Source: Blastocystis sp. Blastoise
Taxonomy: Eukaryota > Protista > Bigyra: Opalinata
NCBI GenBank assembly: GCA_039096225.1
Contig: JBBPEB010000025.1
Coordinates: 806,001-870,000 of the forward strand
Direction: 5' to 3'
Length of the DNA stretch: 64,000 nt
Shown here: positions 40,401 through 55,400 of the stretch, piece by piece
Numbering within the stretch: position 1 is the first letter of the stretch
How the letters are laid out: each line of letters begins with the position of its first letter
Notes under the pieces: generated by a model
Databases searched by the model: none
Seen by the model: the letters and a program-made list of their open reading frames with translations, nothing else
What the model was told of the DNA's origin: nothing
Made by a program: the position numbers and the translations under genes

Positions 40401-43400
40401 TGGTAATGAAACTGGTCTTTATAATAATAATTGTAGTGGTAAATGTTTAGAAGGTTATTATTGTTTAGAAGGATCTATATCATCAATTGAAAATGAATGT
40501 GGTAATGCAAATGTATATTGTCCTTTAGGTTCTTCTTCTCCTATTAATGTTCCTTTAGGTTCTTATTCTATTCCTCTTGATGTTAATTCTACAATTCGTT
40601 CTAATTTTGTTATTTGTGAAGAAGGTAATTATTGTATAGAAGGTATTAAATATTCTTGTCCATCTGGTTCTTATGGTAATGAAACTGGTCTTTATAATAA
40701 TAATTGTAGTGGTAAATGTTTAGAAGGTTATTATTGTTTAGAAGGATCTATATCATCAATTGAAAATGAATGTGGTAATGCAAATGTATATTGTCCTTTA
40801 GGTTCTTCTTCTCCTATTAATGTTCCTTTAGGTTCTTATTCTATTCCTCTTGATGTTAATTCTACAATTCGTTCTAATTTTGTTATTTGTGAAGAAGGTA
40901 ATTATTGTATAGAAGGTATTAAATATTCTTGTCCATCTGGTTCTTATGGTAATGAAACTGGTCTTTATAATAATAATTGTAGTGGTAAATGTTTAGAAGG
41001 TTATTATTGTTTAGAAGGATCTATATCATCAATTGAAAATGAATGTGGTAATGCAAATGTATATTGTCCTTTAGGTTCTTCTTCTCCTATTAATGTTCCT
41101 TTAGGTTCTTATTCTATTCCTCTTGATGTTAATTCTACAATTCGTTCTAATTTTGTTATTTGTGAAGAAGGTAATTATTGTATAGAAGGTATTAAATATT
41201 CTTGTCCATCTGGTTCTTATGGTAATGAAACTGGTCTTTATAATAATAATTGTAGTGGTAAATGTTTAGAAGGTTATTATTGTTTAGAAGGATCTATATC
41301 ATCAATTGAAAATGAATGTGGTAATGCAAATGTATATTGTCCTTTAGGTTCTTCTTCTCCTATTAATGTTCCTTTAGGTTCTTATTCTATTCCTCTTGAT
41401 GTTAATTCTACAATTCGTTCTAATTTTGTTATTTGTGAAGAAGGTAATTATTGTATAGAAGGTATTAAATATTCTTGTCCATCTGGTTCTTATGGTAATG
41501 AAACTGGTCTTTATAATAATAATTGTAGTGGTAAATGTTTAGAAGGTTATTATTGTTTAGAAGGATCTATATCATCAATTGAAAATGAATGTGGTAATGC
41601 AAATGTATATTGTCCTTTAGGTTCTTCTTCTCCTATTAATGTTCCTTTAGGTTCTTATTCTATTCCTCTTGATGTTAATTCTACAATTCGTTCTAATTTT
41701 GTTATTTGTGAAGAAGGTAATTATTGTATAGAAGGTATTAAATATTCTTGTCCATCTGGTTCTTATGGTAATGAAACTGGTCTTTATAATAATAATTGTA
41801 GTGGTAAATGTTTAGAAGGTTATTATTGTTTAGAAGGATCTATATCATCAATTGAAAATGAATGTGGTAATGCAAATGTATATTGTCCTTTAGGTTCTTC
41901 TTCTCCTATTAATGTTCCTTTAGGTTCTTATTCTATTCCTCTTGATGTTAATTCTACAATTCGTTCTAATTTTGTTATTTGTGAAGAAGGTAATTATTGT
42001 ATAGAAGGTATTAAATATTCTTGTCCATCTGGTTCTTATGGTAATGAAACTGGTCTTTATAATAATAATTGTAGTGGTAAATGTTTAGAAGGTTATTATT
42101 GTTTAGAAGGATCTATATCATCAATTGAAAATGAATGTGGTAATGCAAATGTATATTGTCCTTTAGGTTCTTCTTCTCCTATTAATGTTCCTTTAGGTTC
42201 TTATTCTATTCCTCTTGATGTTAATTCTACAATTCGTTCTAATTTTGTTATTTGTGAAGAAGGTAATTATTGTATAGAAGGTATTAAATATTCTTGTCCA
42301 TCTGGTTCTTATGGTAATGAAACTGGTCTTTATAATAATAATTGTAGTGGTAAATGTTTAGAAGGTTATTATTGTTTAGAAGGATCTATATCATCAATTG
42401 AAAATGAATGTGGTAATGCAAATGTATATTGTCCTTTAGGTTCTTCTTCTCCTATTAATGTTCCTTTAGGTTCTTATTCTATTCCTCTTGATGTTAATTC
42501 TACAATTCGTTCTAATTTTGTTATTTGTGAAGAAGGTAATTATTGTATAGAAGGTATTAAATATTCTTGTCCATCTGGTTCTTATGGTAATGAAACTGGT
42601 CTTTATAATAATAATTGTAGTGGTAAATGTTTAGAAGGTTATTATTGTTTAGAAGGATCTATATCATCAATTGAAAATGAATGTGGTAATGCAAATGTAT
42701 ATTGTCCTTTAGGTTCTTCTTCTCCTATTAATGTTCCTTTAGGTTCTTATTCTATTCCTCTTGATGTTAATTCTACAATTCGTTCTAATTTTGTTATTTG
42801 TGAAGAAGGTAATTATTGTATAGAAGGTATTAAATATTCTTGTCCATCTGGTTCTTATGGTAATGAAACTGGTCTTTATAATAATAATTGTAGTGGTAAA
42901 TGTTTAGAAGGTTATTATTGTTTAGAAGGATCTATATCATCAATTGAAAATGAATGTGGTAATGCAAATGTATATTGTCCTTTAGGTTCTTCTTCTCCTA
43001 TTAATGTTCCTTTAGGTTCTTATTCTATTCCTCTTGATGTTAATTCTACAATTCGTTCTAATTTTGTTATTTGTGAAGAAGGTAATTATTGTATAGAAGG
43101 TATTAAATATTCTTGTCCATCTGGTTCTTATGGTAATGAAACTGGTCTTTATAATAATAATTGTAGTGGTAAATGTTTAGAAGGTTATTATTGTTTAGAA
43201 GGATCTATATCATCAATTGAAAATGAATGTGGTAATGCAAATGTATATTGTCCTTTAGGTTCTTCTTCTCCTATTAATGTTCCTTTAGGTTCTTATTCTA
43301 TTCCTCTTGATGTTAATTCTACAATTCGTTCTAATTTTGTTATTTGTGAAGAAGGTAATTATTGTATAGAAGGTATTAAATATTCTTGTCCATCTGGTTC

Positions 43401-46400
43401 TTATGGTAATGAAACTGGTCTTTATAATAATAATTGTAGTGGTAAATGTTTAGAAGGTTATTATTGTTTAGAAGGATCTATATCATCAATTGAAAATGAA
43501 TGTGGTAATGCAAATGTATATTGTCCTTTAGGTTCTTCTTCTCCTATTAATGTTCCTTTAGGTTCTTATTCTATTCCTCTTGATGTTAATTCTACAATTC
43601 GTTCTAATTTTGTTATTTGTGAAGAAGGTAATTATTGTATAGAAGGTATTAAATATTCTTGTCCATCTGGTTCTTATGGTAATGAAACTGGTCTTTATAA
43701 TAATAATTGTAGTGGTAAATGTTTAGAAGGTTATTATTGTTTAGAAGGATCTATATCATCAATTGAAAATGAATGTGGTAATGCAAATGTATATTGTCCT
43801 TTAGGTTCTTCTTCTCCTATTAATGTTCCTTTAGGTTCTTATTCTATTCCTCTTGATGTTAATTCTACAATTCGTTCTAATTTTGTTATTTGTGAAGAAG
43901 GTAATTATTGTATAGAAGGTATTAAATATTCTTGTCCATCTGGTTCTTATGGTAATGAAACTGGTCTTTATAATAATAATTGTAGTGGTAAATGTTTAGA
44001 AGGTTATTATTGTTTAGAAGGATCTATATCATCAATTGAAAATGAATGTGGTAATGCAAATGTATATTGTCCTTTAGGTTCTTCTTCTCCTATTAATGTT
44101 CCTTTAGGTTCTTATTCTATTCCTCTTGATGTTAATTCTACAATTCGTTCTAATTTTGTTATTTGTGAAGAAGGTAATTATTGTATAGAAGGTATTAAAT
44201 ATTCTTGTCCATCTGGTTCTTATGGTAATGAAACTGGTCTTTATAATAATAATTGTAGTGGTAAATGTTTAGAAGGTTATTATTGTTTAGAAGGATCTAT
44301 ATCATCAATTGAAAATGAATGTGGTAATGCAAATGTATATTGTCCTTTAGGTTCTTCTTCTCCTATTAATGTTCCTTTAGGTTCTTATTCTATTCCTCTT
44401 GATGTTAATTCTACAATTCGTTCTAATTTTGTTATTTGTGAAGAAGGTAATTATTGTATAGAAGGTATTAAATATTCTTGTCCATCTGGTTCTTATGGTA
44501 ATGAAACTGGTCTTTATAATAATAATTGTAGTGGTAAATGTTTAGAAGGTTATTATTGTTTAGAAGGATCTATATCATCAATTGAAAATGAATGTGGTAA
44601 TGCAAATGTATATTGTCCTTTAGGTTCTTCTTCTCCTATTAATGTTCCTTTAGGTTCTTATTCTATTCCTCTTGATGTTAATTCTACAATTCGTTCTAAT
44701 TTTGTTATTTGTGAAGAAGGTAATTATTGTATAGAAGGTATTAAATATTCTTGTCCATCTGGTTCTTATGGTAATGAAACTGGTCTTTATAATAATAATT
44801 GTAGTGGTAAATGTTTAGAAGGTTATTATTGTTTAGAAGGATCTATATCATCAATTGAAAATGAATGTGGTAATGCAAATGTATATTGTCCTTTAGGTTC
44901 TTCTTCTCCTATTAATGTTCCTTTAGGTTCTTATTCTATTCCTCTTGATGTTAATTCTACAATTCGTTCTAATTTTGTTATTTGTGAAGAAGGTAATTAT
45001 TGTATAGAAGGTATTAAATATTCTTGTCCATCTGGTTCTTATGGTAATGAAACTGGTCTTTATAATAATAATTGTAGTGGTAAATGTTTAGAAGGTTATT
45101 ATTGTTTAGAAGGATCTATATCATCAATTGAAAATGAATGTGGTAATGCAAATGTATATTGTCCTTTAGGTTCTTCTTCTCCTATTAATGTTCCTTTAGG
45201 TTCTTATTCTATTCCTCTTGATGTTAATTCTACAATTCGTTCTAATTTTGTTATTTGTGAAGAAGGTAATTATTGTATAGAAGGTATTAAATATTCTTGT
45301 CCATCTGGTTCTTATGGTAATGAAACTGGTCTTTATAATAATAATTGTAGTGGTAAATGTTTAGAAGGTTATTATTGTTTAGAAGGATCTATATCATCAA
45401 TTGAAAATGAATGTGGTAATGCAAATGTATATTGTCCTTTAGGTTCTTCTTCTCCTATTAATGTTCCTTTAGGTTCTTATTCTATTCCTCTTGATGTTAA
45501 TTCTACAATTCGTTCTAATTTTGTTATTTGTGAAGAAGGTAATTATTGTATAGAAGGTATTAAATATTCTTGTCCATCTGGTTCTTATGGTAATGAAACT
45601 GGTCTTTATAATAATAATTGTAGTGGTAAATGTTTAGAAGGTTATTATTGTTTAGAAGGATCTATATCATCAATTGAAAATGAATGTGGTAATGCAAATG
45701 TATATTGTCCTTTAGGTTCTTCTTCTCCTATTAATGTTCCTTTAGGTTCTTATTCTATTCCTCTTGATGTTAATTCTACAATTCGTTCTAATTTTGTTAT
45801 TTGTGAAGAAGGTAATTATTGTATAGAAGGTATTAAATATTCTTGTCCATCTGGTTCTTATGGTAATGAAACTGGTCTTTATAATAATAATTGTAGTGGT
45901 AAATGTTTAGAAGGTTATTATTGTTTAGAAGGATCTATATCATCAATTGAAAATGAATGTGGTAATGCAAATGTATATTGTCCTTTAGGTTCTTCTTCTC
46001 CTATTAATGTTCCTTTAGGTTCTTATTCTATTCCTCTTGATGTTAATTCTACAATTCGTTCTAATTTTGTTATTTGTGAAGAAGGTAATTATTGTATAGA
46101 AGGTATTAAATATTCTTGTCCATCTGGTTCTTATGGTAATGAAACTGGTCTTTATAATAATAATTGTAGTGGTAAATGTTTAGAAGGTTATTATTGTTTA
46201 GAAGGATCTATATCATCAATTGAAAATGAATGTGGTAATGCAAATGTATATTGTCCTTTAGGTTCTTCTTCTCCTATTAATGTTCCTTTAGGTTCTTATT
46301 CTATTCCTCTTGATGTTAATTCTACAATTCGTTCTAATTTTGTTATTTGTGAAGAAGGTAATTATTGTATAGAAGGTATTAAATATTCTTGTCCATCTGG

Positions 46401-49400
46401 TTCTTATGGTAATGAAACTGGTCTTTATAATAATAATTGTAGTGGTAAATGTTTAGAAGGTTATTATTGTTTAGAAGGATCTATATCATCAATTGAAAAT
46501 GAATGTGGTAATGCAAATGTATATTGTCCTTTAGGTTCTTCTTCTCCTATTAATGTTCCTTTAGGTTCTTATTCTATTCCTCTTGATGTTAATTCTACAA
46601 TTCGTTCTAATTTTGTTATTTGTGAAGAAGGTAATTATTGTATAGAAGGTATTAAATATTCTTGTCCATCTGGTTCTTATGGTAATGAAACTGGTCTTTA
46701 TAATAATAATTGTAGTGGTAAATGTTTAGAAGGTTATTATTGTTTAGAAGGATCTATATCATCAATTGAAAATGAATGTGGTAATGCAAATGTATATTGT
46801 CCTTTAGGTTCTTCTTCTCCTATTAATGTTCCTTTAGGTTCTTATTCTATTCCTCTTGATGTTAATTCTACAATTCGTTCTAATTTTGTTATTTGTGAAG
46901 AAGGTAATTATTGTATAGAAGGTATTAAATATTCTTGTCCATCTGGTTCTTATGGTAATGAAACTGGTCTTTATAATAATAATTGTAGTGGTAAATGTTT
47001 AGAAGGTTATTATTGTTTAGAAGGATCTATATCATCAATTGAAAATGAATGTGGTAATGCAAATGTATATTGTCCTTTAGGTTCTTCTTCTCCTATTAAT
47101 GTTCCTTTAGGTTCTTATTCTATTCCTCTTGATGTTAATTCTACAATTCGTTCTAATTTTGTTATTTGTGAAGAAGGTAATTATTGTATAGAAGGTATTA
47201 AATATTCTTGTCCATCTGGTTCTTATGGTAATGAAACTGGTCTTTATAATAATAATTGTAGTGGTAAATGTTTAGAAGGTTATTATTGTTTAGAAGGATC
47301 TATATCATCAATTGAAAATGAATGTGGTAATGCAAATGTATATTGTCCTTTAGGTTCTTCTTCTCCTATTAATGTTCCTTTAGGTTCTTATTCTATTCCT
47401 CTTGATGTTAATTCTACAATTCGTTCTAATTTTGTTATTTGTGAAGAAGGTAATTATTGTATAGAAGGTATTAAATATTCTTGTCCATCTGGTTCTTATG
47501 GTAATGAAACTGGTCTTTATAATAATAATTGTAGTGGTAAATGTTTAGAAGGTTATTATTGTTTAGAAGGATCTATATCATCAATTGAAAATGAATGTGG
47601 TAATGCAAATGTATATTGTCCTTTAGGTTCTTCTTCTCCTATTAATGTTCCTTTAGGTTCTTATTCTATTCCTCTTGATGTTAATTCTACAATTCGTTCT
47701 AATTTTGTTATTTGTGAAGAAGGTAATTATTGTATAGAAGGTATTAAATATTCTTGTCCATCTGGTTCTTATGGTAATGAAACTGGTCTTTATAATAATA
47801 ATTGTAGTGGTAAATGTTTAGAAGGTTATTATTGTTTAGAAGGATCTATATCATCAATTGAAAATGAATGTGGTAATGCAAATGTATATTGTCCTTTAGG
47901 TTCTTCTTCTCCTATTAATGTTCCTTTAGGTTCTTATTCTATTCCTCTTGATGTTAATTCTACAATTCGTTCTAATTTTGTTATTTGTGAAGAAGGTAAT
48001 TATTGTATAGAAGGTATTAAATATTCTTGTCCATCTGGTTCTTATGGTAATGAAACTGGTCTTTATAATAATAATTGTAGTGGTAAATGTTTAGAAGGTT
48101 ATTATTGTTTAGAAGGATCTATATCATCAATTGAAAATGAATGTGGTAATGCAAATGTATATTGTCCTTTAGGTTCTTCTTCTCCTATTAATGTTCCTTT
48201 AGGTTCTTATTCTATTCCTCTTGATGTTAATTCTACAATTCGTTCTAATTTTGTTATTTGTGAAGAAGGTAATTATTGTATAGAAGGTATTAAATATTCT
48301 TGTCCATCTGGTTCTTATGGTAATGAAACTGGTCTTTATAATAATAATTGTAGTGGTAAATGTTTAGAAGGTTATTATTGTTTAGAAGGATCTATATCAT
48401 CAATTGAAAATGAATGTGGTAATGCAAATGTATATTGTCCTTTAGGTTCTTCTTCTCCTATTAATGTTCCTTTAGGTTCTTATTCTATTCCTCTTGATGT
48501 TAATTCTACAATTCGTTCTAATTTTGTTATTTGTGAAGAAGGTAATTATTGTATAGAAGGTATTAAATATTCTTGTCCATCTGGTTCTTATGGTAATGAA
48601 ACTGGTCTTTATAATAATAATTGTAGTGGTAAATGTTTAGAAGGTTATTATTGTTTAGAAGGATCTATATCATCAATTGAAAATGAATGTGGTAATGCAA
48701 ATGTATATTGTCCTTTAGGTTCTTCTTCTCCTATTAATGTTCCTTTAGGTTCTTATTCTATTCCTCTTGATGTTAATTCTACAATTCGTTCTAATTTTGT
48801 TATTTGTGAAGAAGGTAATTATTGTATAGAAGGTATTAAATATTCTTGTCCATCTGGTTCTTATGGTAATGAAACTGGTCTTTATAATAATAATTGTAGT
48901 GGTAAATGTTTAGAAGGTTATTATTGTTTAGAAGGATCTATATCATCAATTGAAAATGAATGTGGTAATGCAAATGTATATTGTCCTTTAGGTTCTTCTT
49001 CTCCTATTAATGTTCCTTTAGGTTCTTATTCTATTCCTCTTGATGTTAATTCTACAATTCGTTCTAATTTTGTTATTTGTGAAGAAGGTAATTATTGTAT
49101 AGAAGGTATTAAATATTCTTGTCCATCTGGTTCTTATGGTAATGAAACTGGTCTTTATAATAATAATTGTAGTGGTAAATGTTTAGAAGGTTATTATTGT
49201 TTAGAAGGATCTATATCATCAATTGAAAATGAATGTGGTAATGCAAATGTATATTGTCCTTTAGGTTCTTCTTCTCCTATTAATGTTCCTTTAGGTTCTT
49301 ATTCTATTCCTCTTGATGTTAATTCTACAATTCGTTCTAATTTTGTTATTTGTGAAGAAGGTAATTATTGTATAGAAGGTATTAAATATTCTTGTCCATC

Positions 49401-52400
49401 TGGTTCTTATGGTAATGAAACTGGTCTTTATAATAATAATTGTAGTGGTAAATGTTTAGAAGGTTATTATTGTTTAGAAGGATCTATATCATCAATTGAA
49501 AATGAATGTGGTAATGCAAATGTATATTGTCCTTTAGGTTCTTCTTCTCCTATTAATGTTCCTTTAGGTTCTTATTCTATTCCTCTTGATGTTAATTCTA
49601 CAATTCGTTCTAATTTTGTTATTTGTGAAGAAGGTAATTATTGTATAGAAGGTATTAAATATTCTTGTCCATCTGGTTCTTATGGTAATGAAACTGGTCT
49701 TTATAATAATAATTGTAGTGGTAAATGTTTAGAAGGTTATTATTGTTTAGAAGGATCTATATCATCAATTGAAAATGAATGTGGTAATGCAAATGTATAT
49801 TGTCCTTTAGGTTCTTCTTCTCCTATTAATGTTCCTTTAGGTTCTTATTCTATTCCTCTTGATGTTAATTCTACAATTCGTTCTAATTTTGTTATTTGTG
49901 AAGAAGGTAATTATTGTATAGAAGGTATTAAATATTCTTGTCCATCTGGTTCTTATGGTAATGAAACTGGTCTTTATAATAATAATTGTAGTGGTAAATG
50001 TTTAGAAGGTTATTATTGTTTAGAAGGATCTATATCATCAATTGAAAATGAATGTGGTAATGCAAATGTATATTGTCCTTTAGGTTCTTCTTCTCCTATT
50101 AATGTTCCTTTAGGTTCTTATTCTATTCCTCTTGATGTTAATTCTACAATTCGTTCTAATTTTGTTATTTGTGAAGAAGGTAATTATTGTATAGAAGGTA
50201 TTAAATATTCTTGTCCATCTGGTTCTTATGGTAATGAAACTGGTCTTTATAATAATAATTGTAGTGGTAAATGTTTAGAAGGTTATTATTGTTTAGAAGG
50301 ATCTATATCATCAATTGAAAATGAATGTGGTAATGCAAATGTATATTGTCCTTTAGGTTCTTCTTCTCCTATTAATGTTCCTTTAGGTTCTTATTCTATT
50401 CCTCTTGATGTTAATTCTACAATTCGTTCTAATTTTGTTATTTGTGAAGAAGGTAATTATTGTATAGAAGGTATTAAATATTCTTGTCCATCTGGTTCTT
50501 ATGGTAATGAAACTGGTCTTTATAATAATAATTGTAGTGGTAAATGTTTAGAAGGTTATTATTGTTTAGAAGGATCTATATCATCAATTGAAAATGAATG
50601 TGGTAATGCAAATGTATATTGTCCTTTAGGTTCTTCTTCTCCTATTAATGTTCCTTTAGGTTCTTATTCTATTCCTCTTGATGTTAATTCTACAATTCGT
50701 TCTAATTTTGTTATTTGTGAAGAAGGTAATTATTGTATAGAAGGTATTAAATATTCTTGTCCATCTGGTTCTTATGGTAATGAAACTGGTCTTTATAATA
50801 ATAATTGTAGTGGTAAATGTTTAGAAGGTTATTATTGTTTAGAAGGATCTATATCATCAATTGAAAATGAATGTGGTAATGCAAATGTATATTGTCCTTT
50901 AGGTTCTTCTTCTCCTATTAATGTTCCTTTAGGTTCTTATTCTATTCCTCTTGATGTTAATTCTACAATTCGTTCTAATTTTGTTATTTGTGAAGAAGGT
51001 AATTATTGTATAGAAGGTATTAAATATTCTTGTCCATCTGGTTCTTATGGTAATGAAACTGGTCTTTATAATAATAATTGTAGTGGTAAATGTTTAGAAG
51101 GTTATTATTGTTTAGAAGGATCTATATCATCAATTGAAAATGAATGTGGTAATGCAAATGTATATTGTCCTTTAGGTTCTTCTTCTCCTATTAATGTTCC
51201 TTTAGGTTCTTATTCTATTCCTCTTGATGTTAATTCTACAATTCGTTCTAATTTTGTTATTTGTGAAGAAGGTAATTATTGTATAGAAGGTATTAAATAT
51301 TCTTGTCCATCTGGTTCTTATGGTAATGAAACTGGTCTTTATAATAATAATTGTAGTGGTAAATGTTTAGAAGGTTATTATTGTTTAGAAGGATCTATAT
51401 CATCAATTGAAAATGAATGTGGTAATGCAAATGTATATTGTCCTTTAGGTTCTTCTTCTCCTATTAATGTTCCTTTAGGTTCTTATTCTATTCCTCTTGA
51501 TGTTAATTCTACAATTCGTTCTAATTTTGTTATTTGTGAAGAAGGTAATTATTGTATAGAAGGTATTAAATATTCTTGTCCATCTGGTTCTTATGGTAAT
51601 GAAACTGGTCTTTATAATAATAATTGTAGTGGTAAATGTTTAGAAGGTTATTATTGTTTAGAAGGATCTATATCATCAATTGAAAATGAATGTGGTAATG
51701 CAAATGTATATTGTCCTTTAGGTTCTTCTTCTCCTATTAATGTTCCTTTAGGTTCTTATTCTATTCCTCTTGATGTTAATTCTACAATTCGTTCTAATTT
51801 TGTTATTTGTGAAGAAGGTAATTATTGTATAGAAGGTATTAAATATTCTTGTCCATCTGGTTCTTATGGTAATGAAACTGGTCTTTATAATAATAATTGT
51901 AGTGGTAAATGTTTAGAAGGTTATTATTGTTTAGAAGGATCTATATCATCAATTGAAAATGAATGTGGTAATGCAAATGTATATTGTCCTTTAGGTTCTT
52001 CTTCTCCTATTAATGTTCCTTTAGGTTCTTATTCTATTCCTCTTGATGTTAATTCTACAATTCGTTCTAATTTTGTTATTTGTGAAGAAGGTAATTATTG
52101 TATAGAAGGTATTAAATATTCTTGTCCATCTGGTTCTTATGGTAATGAAACTGGTCTTTATAATAATAATTGTAGTGGTAAATGTTTAGAAGGTTATTAT
52201 TGTTTAGAAGGATCTATATCATCAATTGAAAATGAATGTGGTAATGCAAATGTATATTGTCCTTTAGGTTCTTCTTCTCCTATTAATGTTCCTTTAGGTT
52301 CTTATTCTATTCCTCTTGATGTTAATTCTACAATTCGTTCTAATTTTGTTATTTGTGAAGAAGGTAATTATTGTATAGAAGGTATTAAATATTCTTGTCC

Positions 52401-55400
52401 ATCTGGTTCTTATGGTAATGAAACTGGTCTTTATAATAATAATTGTAGTGGTAAATGTTTAGAAGGTTATTATTGTTTAGAAGGATCTATATCATCAATT
52501 GAAAATGAATGTGGTAATGCAAATGTATATTGTCCTTTAGGTTCTTCTTCTCCTATTAATGTTCCTTTAGGTTCTTATTCTATTCCTCTTGATGTTAATT
52601 CTACAATTCGTTCTAATTTTGTTATTTGTGAAGAAGGTAATTATTGTATAGAAGGTATTAAATATTCTTGTCCATCTGGTTCTTATGGTAATGAAACTGG
52701 TCTTTATAATAATAATTGTAGTGGTAAATGTTTAGAAGGTTATTATTGTTTAGAAGGATCTATATCATCAATTGAAAATGAATGTGGTAATGCAAATGTA
52801 TATTGTCCTTTAGGTTCTTCTTCTCCTATTAATGTTCCTTTAGGTTCTTATTCTATTCCTCTTGATGTTAATTCTACAATTCGTTCTAATTTTGTTATTT
52901 GTGAGATCGGTAGTTATTGTATAGAAGGTATTAAATATTCTTGTCCATCTGGTTCTTATGGTAATGAAACTGGTCTTTATAATAATAATTGTAGTGGTAA
53001 ATGTTTAGAAGGTTATTATTGTTTAGAAGGATCTATATCATCAATTGAAAATGAATGTGGTAATGCAAATGTATATTGTCCTTTAGGTTCTTCTTCTCCT
53101 ATTAATGTTCCTTTAGGTTCTTATTCTATTCCTCTTGATGTTAATTCTACAATTCGTTCTAATTTTGTTATTTGTGAAGAAGGTAATTATTGTATAGAAG
53201 GTATTAAATATTCTTGTCCATCTGGTTCTTATGGTAATGAAACTGGTCTTTATAATAATAATTGTAGTGGTAAATGTTTAGAAGGTTATTATTGTTTAGA
53301 AGGATCTATATCATCAATTGAAAATGAATGTGGTAATGCAAATGTATATTGTCCTTTAGGTTCTTCTTCTCCTATTAATGTTCCTTTAGGTTCTTATTCT
53401 ATTCCTCTTGATGTTAATTCTACAATTCGTTCTAATTTTGTTATTTGTGAAGAAGGTAATTATTGTATAGAAGGTATTAAATATTCTTGTCCATCTGGTT
53501 CTTATGGTAATGAAACTGGTCTTTATAATAATAATTGTAGTGGTAAATGTTTAGAAGGTTATTATTGTTTAGAAGGATCTATATCATCAATTGAAAATGA
53601 ATGTGGTAATGCAAATGTATATTGTCCTTTAGGTTCTTCTTCTCCTATTAATGTTCCTTTAGGTTCTTATTCTATTCCTCTTGATGTTAATTCTACAATT
53701 CGTTCTAATTTTGTTATTTGTGAAGAAGGTAATTATTGTATAGAAGGTATTAAATATTCTTGTCCATCTGGTTCTTATGGTAATGAAACTGGTCTTTTAT
53801 AATAATAATTGTAGTGGTAAATGTTTAGAAGGTTATTATTGTTTAGAAGGATCTATATCATCAATTGAAAATGAATGTGGTAATGCAAATGTATATTGTC
53901 CTTTAGGTTCTTCTTCTCCTATTAATGTTCCTTTAGGTTCTTATTCTATTCCTCTTGATGTTAATTCTACAATTCGTTCTAATTTTGTTATTTGTGAAGA
54001 AGGTAATTATTGTATAGAAGGTATTAAATATTCTTGTCCATCTGGTTCTTATGGTAATGAAACTGGTCTTTATAATAATAATTGTAGTGGTAAATGTTTA
54101 GAAGGTTATTATTGTTTAGAAGGATCTATATCATCAATTGAAAATGAATGTGGTAATGCAAATGTATATTGTCCTTTAGGTTCTTCTTCTCCTATTAATG
54201 TTCCTTTAGGTTCTTATTCTATTCCTCTTGATGTTAATTCTACAATTCGTTCTAATTTTGTTATTTGTGAAGAAGGTAATTATTGTATAGAAGGTATTAA
54301 ATATTCTTGTCCATCTGGTTCTTATGGTAATGAAACTGGTCTTTATAATAATAATTGTAGTGGTAAATGTTTAGAAGGTTATTATTGTTTAGAAGGATCT
54401 ATATCATCAATTGAAAATGAATGTGGTAATGCAAATGTATATTGTCCTTTAGGTTCTTCTTCTCCTATTAATGTTCCTTTAGGTTCTTATTCTATTCCTC
54501 TTGATGTTAATTCTACAATTCGTTCTAATTTTGTTATTTGTGAAGAAGGTAATTATTGTATAGAAGGTATTAAATATTCTTGTCCATCTGGTTCTTATGG
54601 TAATGAAACTGGTCTTTATAATAATAATTGTAGTGGTAAATGTTTAGAAGGTTATTATTGTTTAGAAGGATCTATATCATCAATTGAAAATGAATGTGGT
54701 AATGCAAATGTATATTGTCCTTTAGGTTCTTCTTCTCCTATTAATGTTCCTTTAGGTTCTTATTCTATTCCTCTTGATGTTAATTCTACAATTCGTTCTA
54801 ATTTTGTTATTTGTGAAGAAGGTAATTATTGTATAGAAGGTATTAAATATTCTTGTCCATCTGGTTCTTATGGTAATGAAACTGGTCTTTATAATAATAA
54901 TTGTAGTGGTAAATGTTTAGAAGGTTATTATTGTTTAGAAGGATCTATATCATCAATTGAAAATGAATGTGGTAATGCAAATGTATATTGTCCTTTAGGT
55001 TCTTCTTCTCCTATTAATGTTCCTTTAGGTTCTTATTCTATTCCTCTTGATGTTAATTCTACAATTCGTTCTAATTTTGTTATTTGTGAAGAAGGTAATT
55101 ATTGTATAGAAGGTATTAAATATTCTTGTCCATCTGGTTCTTATGGTAATGAAACTGGTCTTTATAATAATAATTGTAGTGGTAAATGTTTAGAAGGTTA
55201 TTATTGTTTAGAAGGATCTATATCATCAATTGAAAATGAATGTGGTAATGCAAATGTATATTGTCCTTTAGGTTCTTCTTCTCCTATTAATGTTCCTTTA
55301 GGTTCTTATTCTATTCCTCTTGATGTTAATTCTACAATTCGTTCTAATTTTGTTATTTGTGAAGAAGGTAATTATTGTATAGAAGGTATTAAATATTCTT

